Assembly (NCBI GenBank): GCA_964187785.1
Contig: OZ076412.1
Location: 65,906,001-65,970,000, forward strand
DNA from: Amphiscolops sp. MND2022
Taxonomy: Eukaryota
Length of the DNA: 64,000 bases
Direction: 5' to 3'
Shown here: positions 10,273 through 23,300 of the stretch, one piece after another
How the letters are laid out: each line of letters starts with the position of its first letter
Numbering within the stretch: the stretch's first letter is position 1
Notes under the pieces: generated by a model
What the model saw: only the letters and a program-made list of their open reading frames with translations
What the model was told of the DNA's origin: nothing
The model's database searches: none
Program-made: the position numbers and the translations under genes

Positions 10273-11157
10273 CTACATACCCCCCTCAATCCAAATAATG
10301 GAGCAGTGGCGACGTTTGACGGGTGGGACGTGCCAATTGTCCTGCGTATCTTGAGAGCAATTATCCAAAGATTGGGTGGTCGTAGAAAAGGAGAAGAACC
10401 TACTAGGTTATTATATCCCTATGCGTGTGACACTTCCAGAGTATATTGTGCAAGAACAGAACCCCGTGAGCATACCGCCAGAATCTTAAATACCATTACG
10501 TGTTGGGCCCAGCCAGAACTCGTGGACCTCGCTATACACCAGACCTTCCAACAGCTGCCAACAACCATTCCAACAGTAGCAAAAGAACCAAGCAGGAAAG
10601 ATTTGCCCGTGAATACTGACGTTCCCAGCAACCCGCGTATGGCGCTAGAGATATTCGTACGTCTGCATGGTCTCCAGCGAGAACGCACTCGAGCTGTGGG
10701 CGAAGAATACGCTAGGGGAATACGAACGTTCAAACAACTATTCACCCAATATGGTCACCAAGAATTAGCGGACGGCCTGCCGAACTTGGAGTCAATCGAA
10801 GCCATCCCAGGGATCAGCGATTTGAGCGAAGCTGCCTCTGGCAGCTCTCGCACCGTCCTTCCCACACCCCACATCATTCAAGACACCGATGAATTATTGG
10901 TGGAAGGGGTACAAGATGATGTGCCAAGCGTCATGCCACCATCAGAGGAACCTATGACTGACAACAACTTCACGCTCTCTGATGCCACTACTCCTGTAAG
11001 AGACGAAGTGGAGACCAATATCTCGAACATGGAGGCAGCGGACATAGAGTCAGAGCTCAACAACTTACTGACCATAGATGAAGAATACCAAAATACGGTG
11101 AACGCCATGGGCAGCACCTCCATGCAAGAAGCCCCACAGAACCAGCTGTTGGAGTAA
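10273..11157 (+). CDS. ORF3, in frame with ORF2 beyond a single TAG (readthrough extension or nonsense-split C-terminus of ORF2)
   Basis: The same frame continues CTA CAT ACC... directly after TAG 10270-10272 with no stop until 11157. First in-frame ATG only at 10639. Confidence 0.65.
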   Translation, partial: LHTPLNPNNGAVATFDGWDVPIVLRILRAIIQRLGGRRKGEEPTRLLYPYACDTSRVYCARTEPREHTARILNTITCWAQPELVDLAIHQTFQQLPTTIPTVAKEPSRKDLPVNTDVPSNPRMALEIFVRLHGLQRERTRAVGEEYARGIRTFKQLFTQYGHQELADGLPNLESIEAIPGISDLSEAASGSSRTVLPTPHIIQDTDELLVEGVQDDVPSVMPPSEEPMTDNNFTLSDATTPVRDEVETNISNMEAADIESELNNLLTIDEEYQNTVNAMGSTSMQEAPQNQLLE

Positions 11158-11732
11158 GGGAGTCCTCTGGACCCCCAAGACTGTTAGAACACAATCGAGC
11201 ATAAAAGACCTTATCATCAAGGTACTGATGCCAACTCTTGATTTTAGTTGTGCTACACCATCTTACTGGTGCTGAAAACTTTCAGTGCAATAAACCTTGA
11301 TTTCTGAGTTTTGTTTGATGTATATTTTACTATGCTACCAATGCAACAATGCAATATAGCTACATCCTCTGGGCAGGTCCCGGTTCGGTGCCCTCCCGTT
11401 TTGATTTGAATTTAAAACTTCTACTAAGCCCAAAAGTTGTTGTTACTCACTTGGCCGCGCAGGGGCCCAATTTTAAAGAAAGAAATTTTAACTTGAACTG
11501 AGTGATTAGTGAAAAAACCTTTTTTTAAAAAAAAATCCGACTGTATAGTTTTTAACCTAAAAATCAGTGCTTTTTGAATTTGATGGCTTTGGAGTGCTAA
11601 ACATGCAGTAGCGAAACGAGAGGAATAGTAATGTGAAATCAACATAATCTTGATGTAAGACCTTTCCTGTAAATCTCAGAGTACCCTTTGGGTGCGAGCA
11701 TCCTCTCGTTTGCCGAGGACGACAAACTACGG

Positions 11733-11743
11733 CCCGGGGAGGA
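11733..11743 (+). promoter_or_regulatory. Polypurine tract (plus-strand primer)
   Basis: cccGGGGAGGA immediately 5' of the LTR start TGTAACG. Confidence 0.75.
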
Positions 11744-12461
11744 TGTAACGTCCACCAGTCAACACCAAATTTTCGATGAAAAATTCGATCAAGAACCAAA
11801 AAATGTGCGAATCAAAATGGCCGACCTGGCAGGTCCTTAAAGCCCATAAAATGAAAGAAGAGAGCACGTGAACAAGAGGAACGATAGGAGATAATGAAGA
11901 GAAGAGGCAAAACAACTGATGACATGAAGATCCACACGGGACAGAATACGACGAACGCTACCCGGTGCTATGTCATCCCTGAGAAAGCAGAACCATGCTA
12001 GAATGGCGTGACTGGATCCCCGAAAATCTACAAACAGTAACTGTGTTTTCACTTGGGGCTTATCCCCTTTTGTTTTGTTAATTTATTATAATGCATTTTG
12101 TTATTTTCCCCATGTCTGACCTTCTAGGTCGGCATTTCATGCCCATAACTGTCGAAATGACATTTTTCGAATAAACACTCTTTTGGACCTCGGAAGTATG
12201 TAGGAGATGGCAGGAATACACTAAAGACCTTAGGATACGTTTTTACAGGCTTGTGGGGCGTGTCCGGACTTTGAGAGTGCCGGCACGTCGCCTCGGAGCT
12301 CTAACTAGAGGAGCCTCCTTAGACGTTAGAAAAGTCCCCCATGGAGACCATTTTGGGATCAAAAACTAGTGTCTAGGTATGTAGTAAGACAACGGTCTCC
12401 TGTTTAAGCATCCTAGGCATTGTCCCTCTTCCTAGATGTGCGCCGCTAGCCGGACGTTACA
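11744..12461 (+). repeat. 3' long terminal repeat, 718 bp
   Basis: Starts TGTAACGTCC and ends GGACGTTACA (perfect 10-bp inverted termini); AATAAA at 12170-12175; follows the PPT. The second LTR is not in the window. Confidence 0.85.
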
Positions 12462-12908
12462 CAACTTAATGATTCAAATGGCAATATTCCAAACATGAAC
12501 TGAGCTGGACTCCTCTGGCACAATTGGCCAGTGGTTTTGGGGAAGTGACACATCGTTGCGGTATCTGCTAAATTTTGTAGTGAGAAATTTGGATCGTACA
12601 AACTAACCATACACACACGGCTTTTAGCATGTCCCATGTAAGTTCTCGAATCGATAGATATGATATCAGTCTAGGCAATGCGCAAACGCAAAATACTGCC
12701 GCCCTCCTTGTCGATGGCCTCTTTCTTGCTAGGGGGGAGGTCCTGAAGTCATGGTCACTACCCAGTGTTCGAAGCCATGGTATCGTTGCCAAGATCCATG
12801 GCAAAACCCCTGCTAGCCTTGCCAAGACCTTGCCATTATCTTCCAAAGGCTAAGGATGCCAAGATCAACTATGTTCTTGACAAGAGTTCTATGGTAGCAA
12901 ATCCGTTT

Positions 12909-12982
12909 TTTGGTGACTCCCAGTGTTCGAAGCCATGTTATCCTTAAGGATAGCATGGCTTCGAACATTGGGAGTTACCAAA
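12909..12982. repeat. 74-bp loopless palindrome
   Basis: Arms pair over 37 positions around CCTTAAGG with three G:T pairs; one arm segment recurs at ~12761-12784. Confidence 0.85.
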
Positions 12983-14469
12983 TTTTGGCAACTGTCAAGA
13001 TCCATGTTCCCGCTCGCCGCTTTAGACGTTATGCTCCCGTTTTGCAATTAGATATTATTCATCAGACGTTATTCCCGTTTTGCATTTAGATATTATTCCT
13101 TTAACGTTATTCCCGCCGCTCGCCGCTTTAGACGGTATTCCAGTTTTGCATTGAGATATTATTCCTTAGACGTTATTACCGGACCATGCTATTCCCGGCT
13201 TCCACACATAGACAGGCCTTCCAACTGAAGATGTGCTTGAACGAATTTTTAAAATTATTGTTTTGGTGTTGGACAATGCATCGTCCATTTTTGTGAGATG
13301 CAATATGTATTGTGCCAGGACGGTATTGTGCAATTGAGGCTACCAGAAATGGTTAGAAAAACACTGGGAGTTCCCAAGGCTAAGGCTTTAGCGAGTTGGA
13401 CCTGGGAGTATGTAACGTCTCCCTCTGGTATCCAACTCTCACAAAAATTGCAGAAATGGACTGCAATATCGAGCAATTTGCCATTCAACTATTACTATAG
13501 CGCTGTATGTTTCTAAGGTTGCAAACATTCTGCAGTGAAACATTTTTTGCTGACGTTTTTCTCTTTTCCAGGGTAAACGTTTCAGAGTAAACAAGTTCCT
13601 AAGTATATTTTAACAGCAATTTTTACAGCTGTTAGAGTAAATTTCAGTCCTGGCGTTGAATTTTTTCAGTTCTACCTGTCGACTAGGCACCGCTCACAGT
13701 GCTAAAAGAGAAGAAACAAGTTTGGTTATTCTATCGGTATCACTTTGTTGAGTTTGTTGTTTAATTCTATGAGAAAGGGTAGCAAGCCCTATTGTTCCAC
13801 ACCGGAACTTTCTCTTGTTCTACGTCGGAATTTTATACAATAATTCATCTTACAATTACAGAAATAGCGCAATTTTAGCGCCTTATGTTGGGACAAACAA
13901 ACCTCGGTCTTCTATCGTGCGGGAAAGCCTCTCGATTTGCTAGTTTCAGGCGTGAGTTCAGACTTTGGCCATGGACCCGCCGCCTCGACCTTGACGGTTC
14001 TTTTACCTTGATTTGGAGATTTTGCGTCACATCTGAGTGGACATGTGGCGTGCTTTAATATTCTTTGTCTTGTTATCCTGTAATGTTATCCCATTACAGT
14101 TATCCTGTAATGTCAATCCTGAGGCAATGGCTAGTGTAGGTACCCACCGTTACTTATCCAGTCTTTCAGGGAGAAACGCAGCCTCCACAAAAGCGCAGTG
14201 TTTAGCTTGAACAGATTCAATCACAATCACCAGTGGTCCAGCGGTGAACGTCTGCCGAACGATTGCCAGCATTATTGACAAAGCATGCTCAATCAAACAG
14301 TCAGCTCATCAAACGGCTACTTCTTGGGTTTCGTTGAGTTCAAACTCGCTCAGTATTACCGCGGGAGATCACTCTAAACCCGATGCTTGTCGCAATGTTT
14401 CCAGAACTACGCCTAGCTCGCAAGTAGATACCGTTTCCACGGCAACTAGACAGAAGTAAAGTGTACTGA

Positions 14470-15900
14470 ATTGATATCTATTTAGTGTGTCGGAATGACG
14501 ACTTTTCATCATTTTTAAACAATGCAAAAAGACGAATACCCGTGAAAAACTCCATTTTTTGCCAAACCCGAGATGTGTTTAATCCGTCTAGTGAAGAACC
14601 ATTTTCCCGGCAACTAGACAGAACAAAAAGTAACGCTACTTTCCTATTCGAGGTGCTGATTTTTCGGCGACATTTAAACATCACTAGATAACAGAAACTT
14701 CATCGGAACAAAACAATTAACCGTCATTTTTGCTCAACGCAAGGTCTACTGAATAATTAGCGTCTTCCCGGCAAATAGTGCGCTGGAAAAGTCCTGCTTG
14801 GAAAAAAAACACAAAGAGATTAGTTCTTTTGACTTAACAGAATGATGTGTTGAATTTTGATTGATGGGTAGAACAGTTGACAAAATAAAGTTTTCCCGGC
14901 AGCTGGAGACAAATATACCCCTACCGAATTTGAATGTCGGAAAACACATTCGTCCTCGAAAGTTCAACATCACAGAATAACAAATATCTCATCAAAAAGT
15001 TATCCTTCTTGGATAACGTATGGTCTATTGAAAGTAGATGAATAGGTTTTTTCCTCGGTAACTCGACAAACAAAGAGCGGCAAAATCTAATCGAAGTGTT
15101 GGAAAAGCTATTTTCCAGTTTTTCAAACATCGCAAAATCAGCCCGAAAGACTTCATCGAAAAAATAACGGAGCTTGTGTTGATGGTTTAACAAAGAATGA
15201 ATGACCTTTTGTACCAGCTGAGTAGATAACGTTTTTCTGCAAACGGACAGAAAAAGCGTGCTAAATTCTTTGGATTGTCGGAATGGCCACACGAGTCTAT
15301 TGCAATATTTGAATTAATAGTTTTTTATTAGCAAACAGACAGAATTAAAACGCAGGAAAGTCTGGTTTAAGGTCAAGGGAAAAGCGTTTCTTTTTCAAGG
15401 GAAAGCCTGAGCATGCTGTCAGCGATATTTCAACATCACAAAATGAGAAAGGCTTCATGAAAAAAGTAACCTGGCTAGTTCACTTGACTTAACAGGAAAT
15501 AGTCTATTGCATCTGTTGAGTAGATAACGTTTTCCCGGCAATCGAACAAAACTCAAGCCCGTTGTAGTCCGAATTAAAGTGCCAGAGGCGAAAGTTGCTG
15601 AAACTTCACCATCACGAAATGTCGAAGACTTCATCTATGAAAATTGCTGAGGGCAGATGTTCCCTGAAACCGAAAAACGTCCATTGTATAAATCGGATAA
15701 ATGGACAATTATAACGCGTGCTAGATAGAGTTCGACTATGTGTGTCGGAAAGGCGATTTGTGAGCGATATTTCAAAATCACAAGATGACAAAATCTTCTT
15801 CCGTAAAAATCATCGAGCTGTTTGCTAAACGCGATTATGATTGTCGCCAGGCTGCACTTGCGAGATGTCCGGTGAGCAGCAAAGGTGAACAGATCAACCC
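14470..15900. repeat. Highly degenerate tandem array, unit roughly 130-170 bp
   Basis: TTTTCCCGGCAA-like motif recurs near 14603, 14766, 14892, 15060, 15232 and 15531, with recurring TGTCGGAA and AACATCAC motifs. Confidence 0.4.
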
Positions 15901-16987
15901 TCTCTATCTGGTTCAGAGCGCCCAAAGACTTGATGAACCTGCCACCCATAATTGAACGTCATGACTAAATTTTTCCTTGAACTTAAACTTTGTTTTAAAT
16001 AGCTGTTCGGAATGATGGCATTTCCTTTGTTCTTGAATCAATAAAGATTTTGTTAATGTTGAATTGAAAGTGTTGATATAACCTTTGTTTTTGTTTTGAT
16101 AATTATTTTGTTAATGTTGAACTAAAAGAAAAAGAAAAGCGACTTGATCGAATAAATTGGTCAAAAGTGACAGTATCGTCACTTGACTCAAGCTAAAACT
16201 CTTTACCACCCAAATTCACGTAGTGAGATTGTATTCTACCTATTAATAATTTCCTCAAAGTAGCAAGATATTTGCAGCATAATTATTCAGAAACCATTTG
16301 AAAACAGCATGATGGATGATTCACCCAGACAGCAACATAATGAGTTCATAAGTATTTGTGCTTGTAATTTATACTGTAATATGCGGTTTGTATAAAACAG
16401 CATGTGCGGTATTGTTGATAAAAAAGTAGATGCAGTATTATGAATAAAACATTTCATGCAGGAATTTCACTGAAACAGATGGATGTTTAGACTATAAAAA
16501 GCATATTTTATTGAATATCTACGCGACAATGCTAGTAAAATATACTGCTATATGCGGTTTTCATAAAGCAGTATAAGAGGAATTACAATAACAAACAGCA
16601 TAAGTTACATATTACGCATTTATCCGCCGCTACCACGGCGCTGTTATGAGACTTTCTAGGGATGTGTGAGTAATGTGTGGTTCATTTTAAAAATTTGACC
16701 CTAGAAACATGACGTTTTGATGATTTGAGTAAAATTGACTGTCATGCTACCAAAAATAACATCCAATAAAATCAATTGGGAAGAGAGTTTTCAAATCAGT
16801 CTTCTCACACAATCTTTCAACAAAAAACACTCGTGGCAAAGTCACTCAAATTTTAGAACAATCCTGCAGTTTTCTTTGCTGAAACAATCCTAAGTTTCAC
16901 AATTTCTCTTTCTGTGAATCATCTCAAATTCATTTCTTCTAATTTTTTCGGAATTTAAAAATTTTCGCGTCCAACTTTGTATTCATT

Positions 16988-19900
16988 ATGGGAGGCAAAA
17001 GAAATAAACGTTCAAGGAGAGTGGAACCTCAGTCTTCAGACAGAGACGAAGACACCTCAGAAACAACATTCACACAAGGTAATGCGACTTTAGTTAATGT
17101 TTCTTAAATTGTTTCTGAAAAAATTTCTTGACAGGAACTTAGGCAGCGAACTAACAGAGACTTCACAAATTGTGAAATCTGAGCAAATAGAAACAACAAC
17201 TTAAGCACTGATGAAGAGGATGCTGAGAAGAACAGGCCTGGTCCTTCTGACCCAGAAAACAATTTCTCAGGATAAAACACGCATCAATATTGAAACAGAC
17301 AAAGAAAAAAGTCAAGCTAATCCCTTCAATTGTTCAGATACGAATGAACTAAGACAGCCTTCAACTCCTCTGGGAGTTGTAAAAGAGTCGTTAGACGATA
17401 CTATCATAATTCTTGGAGATTTACCGGAAGCCGGAAATCACATGGTGACAGTACCTATCAAGAACATGCTGAGACAAAGTTGTGGCAATTCAAACACTAC
17501 AAAGACACAGGGACCACAAGCAGAACACCTTTTTCTCGTGCATCCTCAACCAACAGACCCCGTCAGCCACATTGCTCAAGCAATCCAGATGCTAGCAAGA
17601 AAAAACCAAGATAATCAATTTTCCACACACAAAGTACACTCACTTTCAACCGAAAACTGGAGCAAAACGAGAAATTTGAGTATTTCGAAGACCTTCTTCC
17701 CAGAACACTGAAAATTCAACCACATCTCACTGAAAAGATAAAAATCAACCATGTTCACACCCAAAGCAATGAATTAGCGTTGAAAACTTCAAGAACATCC
17801 AATCAACTGCAACTACTCTTGACGACATCTTAGTAGTCTTCCGCAGAAAGTATGTCAAACGTGAGCATTCAGCCTTCAGCAAAACATAGATTCAACAGGC
17901 TTTTGTTCTAACCAGAAAATCAGAAACTACATTCATGAAGATCTCTAAAAAGCGCCGAAAAAAGTTTGAAGCAGCACCACAGTTGATTGAAAGTCTTTTA
18001 GATGGAAAAATGCCCCCTCATTTGGAGAAATATACTAACCAAGTGTACCTTGAAAATGGTACAAACAACTAAATTGTACGACTTCTAGAAATTAAAATGA
18101 AGCTCAATAGAAAAGAGTTCCCAAAACTTGCAAAACGACAAAAATGTATAAAAACCCAGATGTACCACGATGTTCTCATTGTAACAATCCCCGTCACGAA
18201 AAACACAATTGTTACTTTGGAGCAAACATGAAAAATTGCCCGCTCAAGTGGACACTCACCAAAACTCAACAAACATTCGATTGGGAGTACCAAAAACAGC
18301 AAAACCATTAACCCACGAAACCCGAAACTTTTGACATCGAAGGATTTAAACAAATGAAGCCACGCCTTCAAACAAAATCGCCACAAAAACAAAACTCAGA
18401 CTACTGGCAGCATCGTCTGAGCCCAAAACCCATAAAAACCACTGTACTGTAAAACGACTAAATGACTACAAAATCACGACTTTCAACACCTGACACCATG
18501 CTGAGGGCCTGTACTAAATATTCAACGATGTCCCAGATATTTACAAACTACAAAATTCTGAACGCGATATTGAACAAGAAACACAAAACCAACACTGTAC
18601 AACTTCACAACCTCAAGAAACACAAACTGACCACCTGAATCAACATTCTACATCAACAGCCCAAACTGACAAAGAATTTCTCGAAAATGGTTTTCAATCA
18701 TCTCACATGAAGGCAATAACATCATGTATTTCAACCTTTCTACACATCTTACCATCAAAAAGAAACCCAGCGTGTTCTATTTCCCCATGGATTTCAAAAA
18801 ACTCACTCTGAATGGACTCATTGACACAGACGCCCCAACCAGCGTCATTTCTGAAGCAGACCTCAACGAGACTAACCTTCTATCAAACGAAGCAAGAAAA
18901 GGTACTGGCACCGAATTATCAAGTCATGGTAACAAATGGTCAATTTGAACGGCCCATTGGAACTGAGCGCCACCCTTGCTGACAAAAACTACCTCACCCT
19001 TCAACCTGAAGAAATTCTCGCAATCTCTAGCAAAATGCCACACTTGAGACCACAATGCAACTAGAATTGTCACACTGTATTCACATATGGCGGAACATGA
19101 AAGCAGTTTTATTACTTTTTCGTCGAGTACGGTCAATAACAACGCAGTGGACTACCAAGTGATCAATATCACTGACAGGCCTTACTTACCCATATGGCCG
19201 AGTCCTAACTCCAGAGCAAATCAAGCATCAAACACGTCCATCAACTCTCACCTTTATAATGCACCAACACTTGGAAACACTGATCTGTATCTCAACCAAC
19301 TGATGAAAGTTACTCAACCACAAGATGAACATGAATCATACTGGTTCCCAACACAATATCTAGGACGAACTTCTGGAACTCAAACAACTTGAGCAACTAA
19401 ACCCAATTGACAATGAAGAATCATGAAAGAAAATCCTCGGCAACTTCGACTGGACGGACACCACTCTTAGCCCGCTCAAAAAACAACACATTGAAAACAT
19501 CCTGGTACAAAATCGTGAAATCTTCTCAAGACATCGGTTTGATTTCGGTACCAACAGGCAATTTGAGGTTTAACTGACTCCAAATGATGATGGACCAGCC
19601 TACAGCCAAAGCCTTCTCACTTCGATAAACCTCAAGGACGACATAACTGTTGAACTGTCCTTTCTTCATAGTTACGGAATCATCAGGACATATACTACAG
19701 GACATAAATATACAAGCCCTATTTTTGCACAGAAAAAACTGAAGTGACGTCTTCGTCTCTTGATGGATCTGCGCAAATTCAACAATCTTATCACACGAGA
19801 CTACGAGAACAACAACCACTTAATTAGACCGTTGTCGGATGCGTCACAGCTAATGGCCGAGAAGCTCTTCTGTGAACTTGATTGCTCCCAGGTATACGAT

Positions 19901-22900
19901 TGTTTACTAATTACGGACTACAAGTCATTACATAAGCTGGCCTTCAATTTCGCAAGCCAAACGTTTGCTTATCGACGTTTTGCTCAAGGACTCATCGATC
20001 ATTGCCAGCTTTCTCATCATTAATGAGAGAGTATTTGGACAAGGCAATCAAAGCTGACCAGCGTGCTTAATACGTTGATGCTATTGGTAGCCTTTTTGTT
20101 TGCCTTTTTGTAATTGAGGCGAAACTTTTTCTGAGGTGATGGTTCGTCCCGAGTCGACTTGTTTGACCTAAAAATGACATTTAGCCATCGTGAGTTTGAG
20201 GCCTGCTAGTCTGGCGCATTCAAAAATTGTTTTAATGTTGATGCAGAATTGGAGGGAATCGTTTGCTACTATACTAACGCCATCGTATTGAGCACAGTCG
20301 TCAGCTTTGATTTCCTTGCCCAAATACTCTCTCATAAATGATGAGAAAGCTGACAATGATCGATTGAGTCCTTGAGCAAAACGTGGATATGCAAATGTTT
20401 GGCTAGCGAAATTGAAGGCCACCTTTTGTATTGACTGGTAATTCGCCATTTGTAAACAATCGTATGCTTGGGAGCAATCAAGTTTACAGAAGAGCGTATC
20501 AAGTTGAGAAGACCCGGGGGTCTACCGAAACTACATCCTCGTTGTATGAAAAGCTACCGCCTTTCGTCAAACTATTCAACGAAACATCAAAACTGCATAC
20601 CGAACACGGTTCTGGACACGTTCATTGAATTGAACCAACAATTGGAAAAACCATGCAATCTCGCCCTTAAACAACGGATAGAGAGAAACAACTCATCTTG
20701 ATGATTGATGCCAGTTTTACAACAATTGGATGAGTCATCGTGGTCGAAAATGATTCAAACCAAAAGCTCCAATCCAGAAGGAATACCAAAACCCCGATTG
20801 CTTTTGGGTCCTAAACAAATTTTCCAACATAACTCAAAATGTCAATATACGCAGAAAGAGATCTTAGCAGTTTCTTTTGCGTTTTTTGAAATAGGGCACC
20901 TAACGTGGGGAAGTGGTTTTCCTGTTATAGTTTTTGAGGATAACCATTCGGTAACACGCTCCTTCGAAACTAAGATATTACCACCACCCTGTGGAACGCC
21001 TGTGACTATGTACTACAGTATAACTTCATGATAACACATGTTGCCGAAGCCCTGAAAACTGCTGCTGACTTTCTATCAAGAGCAGAGGTTAACCCAAACG
21101 AAAAACTTTAAAAGAACATACCAAACGACGTTACAACCAAAACAATCGAAGTAAACATACAGTCCACAGGAGTTGCTGAGGAAGAACACTTCTACTTACC
21201 CCCTAGGAAGTCAACCCCCCCCGCTGAAGTCAACCCCCTCGGAACAATAACTGTGGGACGGAAACGAAACATTACGCTAAACAGCAAAAATGGAAATCCA
21301 CAATGACCCAGAAAAAAGTGTCAAAATAATCGACTATAGAGAAAGTCACTTCAAAGTCAGCGCAAAATTCCGCTTAGAACAGAACGATGACCAAGTTCTA
21401 CGCAATCGTCGAGCCAAAATCGAAGGTGAACCCTACGATGAAACTGAATTCACTCAATATTACCGATACGAGCACTACCTGCAAAATGTAACCCGCAAAG
21501 AAATGTAACCCGCAAAAGGTATTCTAGCAATGAGATACCACAACAACACGGATGTGATCTCACTTTATCAAATTCTCTCCCCCAAACAACTCCTAGATGA
21601 ACTCCTACATACTCTTCACGGGCATAACGCAAACCATCAAGGAATCATTAAGATGATCCAAGAAGCAAGACTGAAATACTACTACCTATGCATTGCCAGA
21701 GACATTCGAACATGGGTCACAAAATGTCAAAAGTGCGTTCCAAAACAACCGCATCAATAATGACCTCCTGAAAACAGAACTACTTAATTGTCCTGAATGG
21801 GACCTGGGTCCAGAGGATATCTTGCAAATGGATATTCTTCCAAGTCTTCCCGCAAGCGGTGGGTATGACATCATCACAGCAAAAGACGTGTTTTCACGCT
21901 ACTTGTTTGCATACCAGGTCACAAAAATCACTGCCCCAGCGGTGGCAAGGATTATCATGGACACTTTGAGTAAACACACATATTTGCCCACGACAATCAT
22001 TACCGATATGTGGACTAATTCAACTCACAGGTTACCAAGAAAGAAGACGCAGTCCTAAACACAGAACTCAAACATGCCACCACAAAACATGCAAGAACAA
22101 TCAGATTGTTAGAACCTAAACATGCGACAGTCAAAGCATACCTAAAAGCCGCCACTGGAGAAATCAGAAATAACTGGCACAAATTTCAGCCATTGGCAGT
22201 TTTAAATCACAATACAAAGTACCATGCAACACTCGGATGTGAACCGACATTAGTCTTCCATGGAAAAATTCCACATAATATTTTGGATCTCAAGCTTGGA
22301 TACAACCCAAATCCTCATTACCAACCCCAAACTGAGGTAGCAGAAGAAGTCCAAAGACGAATTGCATTATTTCATAATCAGACGAAGAAAAACAATGCAA
22401 TCTCTTGAATATAAAGCATACTATGACAGAGAAGCAGACGACTGTTGCTTTATCTTGAACCCGAAAGCTGACACACAAGCAACAAAGGTACTCTTTTGTG
22501 AATTTCGATGAGTCGGTTTTTTTAAAGTCGAAAAAGTCTTACCAAACAACAACTATACTGTTAGCAGACGTGGCACAAACAAGACGCAACTCCTTCGTAT
22601 TAGATTAGGGAAAAACATCCCGCAAGTTCCTTTTGCGGATAACTTTGCCAGGGAAGCTGATTGGCAAAAAGAAGATACATTTACCACTCAAGATGGCCTA
22701 TATGCCCACACTTGGGACACTAATTCTGAATGTAGTCCATTTGATACCGAAATGGAAAACTGAGACCAACAAGATGACAGTTGAATATAAACGTACTTCT
22801 CAACCCGAAATGTACCGCTTGCCCACCCGCGGTAAGTTTCAAAACAGTGGGAGGATCCCCGCAGAACGACCTGCTGTGAATGACAAGAAACTCAGATAGT

Positions 22901-23300
22901 CGAAAAAACCCTTGCAAAAATGAAAACTTTGGGCCTCACCAGAAACTTCAAGAATGAGAAAACTGTCAAATAAACCCTACCCAAAATTTTCTCAAAACTG
23001 CCGAAAACAACCCAGAAATCGATGCACAAGAAGCAGAAATTGTTTTTTCAAGAAGTGAAAGTACAAGTTACGCCCAAACCCTAACTACTCAGACTCATGC
23101 AGATATTGAAAAGACCAATCAAGAGATTCGAAAATTTTAACTAAATACAACAATCTTGCTCGTTTCTTTTTTATCATTTGTTTCCGAGTCTCAACCACAG
23201 TTGGAAGCCATTTCTTGCCAAGTATTTTCTCAATGGAACTCAAACAATAGAATGCAAAACAAAACAAACAAAGTAAATAATAAATACAGCAAAATTAAAG
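16988..23300 (+). mobile_element. Decayed Ty3/Gypsy retrotransposon (different family from the first); ends approximate
   Basis: Frameshifted gag-like start (ATG 16988), protease LIDTDAPTSVI (~18823), RT LLMDLRKFNNL, RNase H KEILAV, integrase LHGHNANHQG and LQMDILP...DVFSRY. Many stops; no LTR recognised. Confidence 0.85.

Larger units (their letters stand above)
1..12461 (+). mobile_element. Ty3/Gypsy LTR retrotransposon, 3' part (5' LTR and gag outside window), with extra ORFs
   Basis: PR-RT-RH-IN domain order, uninterrupted pol, extra ORFs, purine tract followed by a TG...CA LTR with a 10-bp terminal inverted repeat. Confidence 0.95.

Noticed and set aside
219-11123. Many short antisense or overlapping ORFs inside the Gypsy ORFs
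   Set aside because: Expected shadows of long coding frames; no recognisable motifs
11158-11460. TGTTAG at ~11182 as LTR start and TGGCCGCGCAGGGG as a primer-binding site
   Set aside because: The PPT and the 10-bp inverted termini place the LTR at 11744-12461; no tRNA 3' end match recognised
6988-11462. 10-nt complementarity CTGCGCGGCC (6988-6997) / GGCCGCGCAG (11453-11462) bracketing ORF2-3
   Set aside because: Too short to separate from chance without covariation data
13200-13520. Possible Penelope-like RT scrap and a second GGGAGTA-TGTAACGTC LTR-like start
   Set aside because: Only a few residues match, frames are broken, and no matching LTR end was found
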